Below are positions 37,912 to 44,041 of a stretch of DNA of 44,041 nucleotides, in pieces (the first letter of the stretch is position 1; each line of letters opens with the position of its first letter). The translations under genes and the position numbers were made by a program. This DNA is from an uncultured virus (IMG/VR IMGVR_UViG_3300022660_003376) (lineage: Duplodnaviria; Heunggongvirae; Uroviricota; Caudoviricetes). The notes under the pieces are model-generated. The model ran no database searches. It was not told the origin of the DNA and saw nothing but the letters and a program-made list of their open reading frames with translations. The stretch is from IMG/VR virus record IMGVR_UViG_3300022660_003376; one strand, given 5' to 3'.

Positions 37912-39258
37912 ATGAAAGACCACAGAGACCATAAGGGCATGCAGTTCAGGTCATTAAATGCGATGCTTGATTACTGGGGAATTACAGGATACGCTTATAG
38001 AAAGCAGATATCCGAGGGAGTAGAGTTGCGTACTATACTTGAAGCTAATACTGCCGAAGTTTTAGACGGCGGTTTATTTGCTCGTCAGTCTGAGTATACG
38101 AATATTGATGAGTTAATTGAGGCAGTGTACTATAAGGGTAAAATCTATAATTTACTTGGTAAGAACAGTCCTTTGGAGTTTATTATCAACGAGGGCTTGC
38201 TTTGTTATTTGCTTGCTAGGGCGTTTGGGTATGTTGTAAATATAGACGAAGGAGTAACTGCATTAAATGATACTGAGACGGTGCTAAGTATCAGCTTGGA
38301 GTATGTATTAAGTGCTATACCAGATGAGATTGTATCTTTACTTGCTTGGGTACAACCACTTGATATAGTAATAGATAACTATAGAAAAGGTGCTGACGTA
38401 TACAAGTCATTCTTTACACCTAGAACACACTCTCCTAATGTAAGTAGTGCGTACAGGTTTACGTTAGGACAGTATTACTTTAGGAATAGACTGAGTTTGT
38501 TAATGTTCTTATCGAACTTGGGTATCAAAACAAGGTTCGTTACAACGGATGTTTATGCTTCTGATGGTAGACAGCAACTTGTATTCATGGACACAAACAA
38601 TGCTACGGTATCATACATAAGAGATATGGATGCACAGGAGGTCTTGAGTAATCTAAGCGGTGCGAGTGATGAATTAAAAATCGGAGATACTACTGATAAC
38701 GAAAAGTCATATTCAAATAAAGCAGATACTAACGCTGTTTTAGAGGAAAAGGTGTCAGACTGTAATAAGACAGAGAAAGAATTTGACGATACAGAGGAAA
38801 TATTTGATAATATGGAGGTCGTGCCTGACGAAGACGAGCATATTGAGGATTATGTGGACTCCCCTAAATATTATTTTGTGGACGTTGACGGTGAGACTAT
38901 ATTAACTAGCTTAGAGGACTTTGAAAAATTGCATGATATACGTGCTGACTTGGTATATGCACGTATATCTGAGGGTTATGTATTGAGTGAAGCGATAACA
39001 AAGGGGTATTTCGCAAATTCTTCTGACGATGGACGTTATGATTTCCCTGATGGTATCGAGTTATACGATGTTCGGTTTAAAACTTTACTTGAGATATGTA
39101 ATGCTGTAAATATACCTTGTAGTGTGGTTTTAACTCGTTTAAGAAGGGGTACTTACAGCACTTATCTTGATGCTTTGTTAGCTCCAACGGCTGATAGAGA
39201 TGTTTGTAGCATGTTATTCAAGCTATTTTATGAGCAGGAGCGAGGTGTTAATAAATGA
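37912..39258 (+). CDS. repeat-module putative DNA-binding protein
   Basis: Modules such as DHKGMQFRSLNAMLDYWGIT..YRKQISEG and SLEDFEKLHDI...VYARISEGYVLSEAI. Confidence 0.65.
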   Translation: MKDHRDHKGMQFRSLNAMLDYWGITGYAYRKQISEGVELRTILEANTAEVLDGGLFARQSEYTNIDELIEAVYYKGKIYNLLGKNSPLEFIINEGLLCYLLARAFGYVVNIDEGVTALNDTETVLSISLEYVLSAIPDEIVSLLAWVQPLDIVIDNYRKGADVYKSFFTPRTHSPNVSSAYRFTLGQYYFRNRLSLLMFLSNLGIKTRFVTTDVYASDGRQQLVFMDTNNATVSYIRDMDAQEVLSNLSGASDELKIGDTTDNEKSYSNKADTNAVLEEKVSDCNKTEKEFDDTEEIFDNMEVVPDEDEHIEDYVDSPKYYFVDVDGETILTSLEDFEKLHDIRADLVYARISEGYVLSEAITKGYFANSSDDGRYDFPDGIELYDVRFKTLLEICNAVNIPCSVVLTRLRRGTYSTYLDALLAPTADRDVCSMLFKLFYEQERGVNK

Positions 39259-40124
39259 GTTTGAATTATATTATTGCAAGAAATGTAGCTGATAAGGAAG
39301 GCAAGAAGACATTCGGGGAGTTAGCCAGCCTAATGGGGTATAATGTTGTTGCTTTGGCTTCGAGATATGCTTCAGGTTGGAGTGATGCGGAAATTGAACT
39401 CTCTAAGAGGGATGGTCTGGAGTTTTCCAGACAGGCTACATTTGATTTAAACGGAAAGATATACTCTACTGCAGGATTGTTTTGTTCTAAGTACTGTATA
39501 AACTTTCAGAAGTTGATTGAATTAACTGAGTTTATGAAAACTGCTGATGAGTTCAAATATATTGTTCGTTTATTGCAGAGTCAAGGTAATCATGATGAGG
39601 CTATACAGGCTTACAAGACGAGCATTTTGCCTGTAGCCAAGCCAGAAGAACAAAGCACATCAGATGAAGGTGACAATATTGAGGCTAAAGACGCTATAGA
39701 CAAGCTGACACAGGCTATAATCAACAACAGAGACCAGATAAAAATAATAGATGGTAGGGGTATTTCTTTTAATAGTCTTTCAGCATTGCTTGAGAATAAG
39801 GGTTATGTTGTAGACGAGGAAAGATTTAAGAAGAGACTCTTTGCAGGGTTTACGTTAGAAGAGTCTGTTTCCGATATTCTGTCTAATACATATTTGGCTT
39901 CAAGTAAAGACACTGGTGAGTATGACTTCCCTGACGGCATTGACGGGTGTAGTTTCGTGGATTACTGTAGAAAACACGGGGTACTACCTCAGTATGCTTT
40001 AACAAAATACAGGAGGGGTACATTAAATCAAACGATACAGGATATAGTTGATGATTGTCGTAGGAATAACGGCACTCTTGAAGCGTGTATTAGGTGGTTT
40101 ATCTCTTTAGACGGAGGTTCTTAA
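39255..40124 (+). CDS. paralogue of 37912..39258
   Basis: Shares SS.D.G.YDFPDGI and R...G(W/F)(S/T).EE modules. Confidence 0.65.
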   Translation: MSLNYIIARNVADKEGKKTFGELASLMGYNVVALASRYASGWSDAEIELSKRDGLEFSRQATFDLNGKIYSTAGLFCSKYCINFQKLIELTEFMKTADEFKYIVRLLQSQGNHDEAIQAYKTSILPVAKPEEQSTSDEGDNIEAKDAIDKLTQAIINNRDQIKIIDGRGISFNSLSALLENKGYVVDEERFKKRLFAGFTLEESVSDILSNTYLASSKDTGEYDFPDGIDGCSFVDYCRKHGVLPQYALTKYRRGTLNQTIQDIVDDCRRNNGTLEACIRWFISLDGGS

Positions 40125-40125
40125 T

Positions 40126-40509
40126 ATGGTGTTTCTTTCTAAGGTAGGGAATTTCCTACAATATGATATGGATACAGACAGCAGACTAAGAAGTGCCGTA
40201 GACTATATTAATCAACACGTAACGTTGTATGATGCTTATCTGCCGTTTAATATGATTAGGGAAGTTTCTTTATATACGAGACAGCTACCTAGTGCTACAA
40301 TAATTAATTTGGTAGATGTATATAAGCTAATCTATGGTAAGTCTAAAGTACGAATTGGTTCATTGGGGGTACGCTTTACTAAGAGCAAAAAGGAATTAGT
40401 ATGGGTACATTACAGCAAGGGCAGGCGTGAAACTGTGAGTATAGATGTTGGGAAGTCTGCCCAGAGATTGATACACTTAGACTCATTGGTGAATGGCAAG
40501 AAAATTTAA
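40126..40509 (+). CDS. hypothetical basic protein
   Basis: GGAGG RBS; closely coupled to upstream gene. Confidence 0.7.
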   Translation: MVFLSKVGNFLQYDMDTDSRLRSAVDYINQHVTLYDAYLPFNMIREVSLYTRQLPSATIINLVDVYKLIYGKSKVRIGSLGVRFTKSKKELVWVHYSKGRRETVSIDVGKSAQRLIHLDSLVNGKKI

Positions 40510-40580
40510 TATTTATTATATATTGTACAGGTAAATATTACTTGATACCTATAAATTTTATATAAGGAGAGTACATTACT

Positions 40581-42149
40581 ATGGCTAATTTTGAAAACTA
40601 CGATGATTTATTAGATGATGAAGAATTTGATGATATGTTAGATGATGATGATGAAGAAAGCGATGATATGTTAGATGATGAAGAAGAAAGTGGTGATATG
40701 TTAGACGCTGAAGAGGACGAAGGTTTTCTCGGAGAGGATGATGACTCTATCGGGGATAGTTACTCTGAACAAGAAGCTTCAGAAGACGAGGCTGACTATT
40801 CTAATGTAGATGACTTGGACGGTGATACTGAGGATATTATCACTAGTGCAACTACAGCAGACACAGCTTTTCAGGAAAGCAGTGCTGTTGATGAGCAGTT
40901 ATTAAAGCTTACAAGCGATAAATTCTCTCTGGAGCGTAAGACTATAAAAATAAAGGAAATAGGCTACAGCGAGTTTACCAAGAGGGGTAGATGGAAGACT
41001 GTAACAGGTTTAACTCAAACTGTTAAGGAACTTGGGGTACTTACTCCAATTCACGTAATGACTACTGAGGTTGACGAGGATGATGACGATAGTTTCAAGT
41101 ATGTTCTTATAGACGGCATGCGTAGGGTATTCGCATCTATTAAGAACGGATTAACTGATATTGAGGCTGTAGTTTGGGATTTCAAAGACAAGGATTTCGG
41201 TGCTGATTTAACACTGGCTTTAGGTTTAATGCTTAATAGACAGCAACGCAGACAGTGGTCTGAGGTGTGGGACTTATACAGAATACTTGAGATGCAGTCA
41301 GCTATAACCCCAGGAACTCTTGAGTTTTTGTTACAGCTTGAAAGCGGAGATGCAATGAAGCTTAAAGACGTAATGCTTTGTGAATACTCGGAAGTTAAGG
41401 AGTCCTTGCTTAATGGTGAAAAGGACTTGGACGGAGCATATAAGATGCTTGCAAAACTACGTAAAGAAGAAGACCAATTAGCAAAAGACGATGCTACTGG
41501 CTTTAGTGATACGGTAGAAACTGCTGAGGAATTTAGAGGTGATTCTGTAAGTGCACAGGACGGACAGCTCACCGACCAAGACGTATATGAATTGCTTGAA
41601 ATGGCTGATAGTTTGGATTCAGAAGATGTATCTGAGGATGATTTTAATGCAATGAATATGCAAGCTGAGGGGTATGCAGACCAGCAGAAAGTTGGAGAGC
41701 GTCATCCTCTCGACCCTACTTTGAGACAGTCTGTTCTGGTACGTGATAAGTTTACTTGTCGTTGCTGTGGTATGAAGATGATAGGTGCTAGACTGGGATT
41801 GATAGCGGTGCATCACTGCATTCCTGTACATGCAGGCGGTAAAGATGTACTTGAGAACCTTATTACATTGTGCTTAAACTGCCATGTTGACTTGCATGTT
41901 ATGGAGCGTAACGGTGGTTCTATCATGATGAGTAAGGAAGATTTCGATGATTTGTTGCCTAGTGAGCAGACTTCATTAAAGCGTGCTTTAAGACTTGCAC
42001 GTGTTGCTATTGAAGCAGATAGACGAAAAGGTTTATCTAAGGAACAGGTTTCAGAAGCAACAAAGTCGGCTGTAAGACACATAATGCCAGGAACAGGTTT
42101 GAAAGAGAACCAGATGGCTTACAGCAATGCTCAACATGCTGAGGTTTAG
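40581..42149 (+). CDS. ParB/Srx-domain plus HNH endonuclease fusion with acidic N-terminus
   Basis: VKELGVLTPIHV...YVLIDGMRRV (ParB-N); RDKFTCRCCG...VHHCIPVHAGGKDVLENLITLCLNCH (HNH). Confidence 0.85.
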   Translation: MANFENYDDLLDDEEFDDMLDDDDEESDDMLDDEEESGDMLDAEEDEGFLGEDDDSIGDSYSEQEASEDEADYSNVDDLDGDTEDIITSATTADTAFQESSAVDEQLLKLTSDKFSLERKTIKIKEIGYSEFTKRGRWKTVTGLTQTVKELGVLTPIHVMTTEVDEDDDDSFKYVLIDGMRRVFASIKNGLTDIEAVVWDFKDKDFGADLTLALGLMLNRQQRRQWSEVWDLYRILEMQSAITPGTLEFLLQLESGDAMKLKDVMLCEYSEVKESLLNGEKDLDGAYKMLAKLRKEEDQLAKDDATGFSDTVETAEEFRGDSVSAQDGQLTDQDVYELLEMADSLDSEDVSEDDFNAMNMQAEGYADQQKVGERHPLDPTLRQSVLVRDKFTCRCCGMKMIGARLGLIAVHHCIPVHAGGKDVLENLITLCLNCHVDLHVMERNGGSIMMSKEDFDDLLPSEQTSLKRALRLARVAIEADRRKGLSKEQVSEATKSAVRHIMPGTGLKENQMAYSNAQHAEV

Positions 42150-42175
42150 AGATTATACGCAAGTTATATTGTAAA

Positions 42176-42212
42176 CAGTGGGAGTATCTTTATGGGTACT
42201 CTTTTACTGTGT
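42176..42212 (+). terminator. hairpin/terminator
   Basis: ACAGTGGGAGTATC/GGTACTCTTTTACTGT imperfect stem. Confidence 0.5.
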
Positions 42213-42229
42213 AATCTGGAGGTGGTTAT

Positions 42230-42682
42230 ATGTCTGATATGGAGAAAAAGAATATTGCAGAGGGTGCTAGAAGAGTAATAAGCTTGGAGAAAAAGAGTAT
42301 TAACAATAAGGCACAGAGGGTAGCCTATCCAGATACGCTTTATAATGAAGAGATATATCCTAAACGTGAAGAAGTGATGAAATCAGAATGTAAGGTTGAT
42401 TTAACGAAGTATGCAGTTACAGGCGATACTGAACAACATGAAGGTGTTACGGAGTCACCTAAGAACAAATGGGTGCAGATTATAGAATTAATTGTAGTTT
42501 CAGTGTTAATTCTTGTAGTTATGATACTATTACTTAAGTGTTTTGTTCCCTATGCAATCTCTCTTTTGGTTTCTATTACAGGTAAATCAATTGCAATAAT
42601 CATTAGAGACTTGTTAGGTTTATCTTTTCTTTCTGGTATAATTGTTATGGTGGGTAGGACAGCTAATAAAGAGGGTAAGTGA
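42230..42682 (+). CDS. membrane protein, RVAYP-motif family copy 1
   Basis: RVAYPDTLYNEEIYPKR plus C-terminal TM segments. Confidence 0.75.
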   Translation: MSDMEKKNIAEGARRVISLEKKSINNKAQRVAYPDTLYNEEIYPKREEVMKSECKVDLTKYAVTGDTEQHEGVTESPKNKWVQIIELIVVSVLILVVMILLLKCFVPYAISLLVSITGKSIAIIIRDLLGLSFLSGIIVMVGRTANKEGK

Positions 42683-42683
42683 A

Positions 42684-43001
42684 ATGGTTCAGGAGAGTTT
42701 AAAACAGGATACAGTAGTTGTGAAACAAAGTAACGAATATATTGTTGAGTGTGAGGAACAGTTATCAGATAATGCTTTGTGTGCTGAGTCTGAGGAAGAA
42801 GATGTGCTTATTGAAGCAATAGCGATACTTATTGCTGTGTTGCTTGTGTTAGTAGCTCTCACATTAGGGGTATTTCTGTTTACACTATTTATAAAATTTT
42901 GTTCTTTGCATTGGGGTATGTCTGTATATGAGGGTACTCTATTAGGTGCGGTGTTGATATTGCTATTTTTATTTTTAGTTGTATTTATAGGTACTTTATA
43001 A
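42684..43001 (+). CDS. two-TM membrane protein
   Basis: ATG 42684 after GAGGG; two long hydrophobic segments. Confidence 0.7.
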   Translation: MVQESLKQDTVVVKQSNEYIVECEEQLSDNALCAESEEEDVLIEAIAILIAVLLVLVALTLGVFLFTLFIKFCSLHWGMSVYEGTLLGAVLILLFLFLVVFIGTL

Positions 43002-43051
43002 TTCATGAAGAGGGCTTATATTTGATTTAATGAGTTTTAGGATGTGATACT

Positions 43052-43651
43052 ATGAGCAGAAAGTTATTGAGTTTAGACAAGGAAAACGGTGGCAAGGTTT
43101 ATATAGGTGTAGATGCAGAAAGCTATGAGCGAGCATTCCCGAAGCCAAAAGTAAATAATACAGAGGGTATGCCTACTAAGTCTATACAGTTAGATAGCAA
43201 TGGTATGAGGGTAGCTTATCCTAAAACTCTGTATCATAATGAAATATACGCTAAGTCTGAAGACTTTACTCCTGTTAAAGTAAAACCTAGTTTGAGTAAA
43301 TACCGTAGGGCTACTAAGAAAAGAGCACTTAGCACAGACGTGTCATCTGCTAAAGTAAAGCCTAATTTGAGTAAATACTATAAGACTACTAAGCAAAGGG
43401 CAATTAGCACAGATGTGTCATCTGCTAAAGTAGTTAAAATCAAGGGTAGGAGCATTTCATCAAAGAGAAACCCCAAGTCACGTTATGAGTTTTATAGGCA
43501 TAAGTTAGTTATAGCACTTTTAGCGGTAAGTACACTTTTAGCAGTAAGTGTGCTTTTACTTGTACTTTATTTGTTGGCTAGGATTTCGCCAATAATACCA
43601 GTAGTATTTCTTAGTATCTCACTCCTTGCATATGGGAAATATATGCGTTGA
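43052..43651 (+). CDS. membrane protein, RVAYP-motif family copy 2
   Basis: RVAYPKTLYHNEIYAK, basic 25-aa repeat, C-terminal TM segments. Confidence 0.75.
   Translation: MSRKLLSLDKENGGKVYIGVDAESYERAFPKPKVNNTEGMPTKSIQLDSNGMRVAYPKTLYHNEIYAKSEDFTPVKVKPSLSKYRRATKKRALSTDVSSAKVKPNLSKYYKTTKQRAISTDVSSAKVVKIKGRSISSKRNPKSRYEFYRHKLVIALLAVSTLLAVSVLLLVLYLLARISPIIPVVFLSISLLAYGKYMR
43276..43432 (+). repeat. intragenic tandem repeat, 2 x 75 bp
   Basis: TAAAGTAAA(A/G)CCTA(G/A)TTTGAGTAAATAC...GTGTCATCTGC at 43276 and 43351. Confidence 0.85.
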
Positions 43652-43750
43652 GATGCGTAGAAAATCACGAGATATTGCGTTATACACCGTATAAAATATA
43701 TACAAGCAATTTTTATACGAGAAAAATAATGAGTTATCGGAGGTTAGATT

Positions 43751-43915
43751 ATGAGTAATATAGGTACGAGCCGAAAGACTATAAATCTTAATAAAGGAAT
43801 AAGCACTTCTCATATAGGATATGATGGAGATGGTTGCAGAGTGGCTTATCCAGATACACTATACTCTGAGGAAATATATCCTAAGCGAAATGATACAGGC
43901 TTATTTAGAAAAGAC
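43751..43915 (+). pseudogene. RVAYP-motif family copy 3, apparently interrupted by an IS insertion
   Basis: RVAYPDTLYSEEIYPKR present, then the frame runs into the IS end at 43916 and stops with no TM segments. Confidence 0.6.
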
Positions 43916-44041
43916 GTGACATCCTCCCCCACCTGTAGAGGTGGGGGCTTCCCATCTCTATAGATAAGTTTCGGTTCTCGTTCGATAGTACTAACGTACT
44001 AAGCATAAGCGAGCTAACCCCGTATGTCCTACGGTTTTTAT
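43916..44041 (-). mobile_element. right end / omegaRNA scaffold of an IS200/IS605- or IS607-type TnpB element (partial)
   Basis: Minus strand reads ACCGTAGGACATACGGGGTTAGCTCG...GAAGCCCCCACCTCTACAGGTGGGGGAGGATGTCAC; subterminal hairpin 43926-43947; TCAC end. Confidence 0.75.

Noticed and set aside
770..43813. All minus-strand ORFs and short nested + strand ORFs in the track
   Set aside because: They overlap long motif-bearing + strand genes and are Ser/Leu-rich antisense shadows of acidic codons
43916..43963. C-terminus of tracked ORF 43751..43963 (VTSSPTCRGGGFPSL)
   Set aside because: Read-through into the IS-end hairpin, not genuine coding sequence
1..44041. Stop-codon reassignment as in some gut jumbo phages
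   Set aside because: Conserved genes are full length under code 11 and TAA, TAG and TGA all serve as stops
1..44041. tRNA or rRNA genes and DnaA-box clusters
   Set aside because: No cloverleaf, rRNA-like segment or TTATCCACA cluster recognised by eye; tRNAscan-SE would be needed to exclude them fully

Overview
AT-rich 44 kb segment with ~40 credible genes, all on the + strand. It looks like part of a very large Firmicutes (Clostridia-like) extrachromosomal element, most likely a conjugative megaplasmid or plasmid-phage; no virion genes are visible. From left to right: a putative Gram-positive conjugation cluster (VirB4-like ATPase, FtsK/TcpA-like ATPase, membrane proteins, lipoprotein); a divergent DNA-metabolism kit (GyrB/ParE, DEDDh exonuclease, GyrA/ParC, DnaB-like helicase, stand-alone primase zinc finger, RuvC-like nuclease, SpoVG, SNF2-like helicase, degenerate DnaC-like protein, truncated NAD-ligase-like protein, ParB-HNH fusion); a family of membrane-protein paralogues; and the right end/omegaRNA of an IS200/IS605/IS607-type TnpB element at the window edge. 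Most notable non-coding signals: (1) three perfect sigma-A promoters at 35.3-36.2 kb, each driving a short ORF-less hairpin transcript with an anti-Shine-Dalgarno tract, one matching the RBS of the ParB-HNH gene; (2) strong strand-polarised enrichment of GGGTA; (3) a recurrent intergenic TTAT(A/G)AGTT box. All protein calls come from motif recognition by eye, not database searches.
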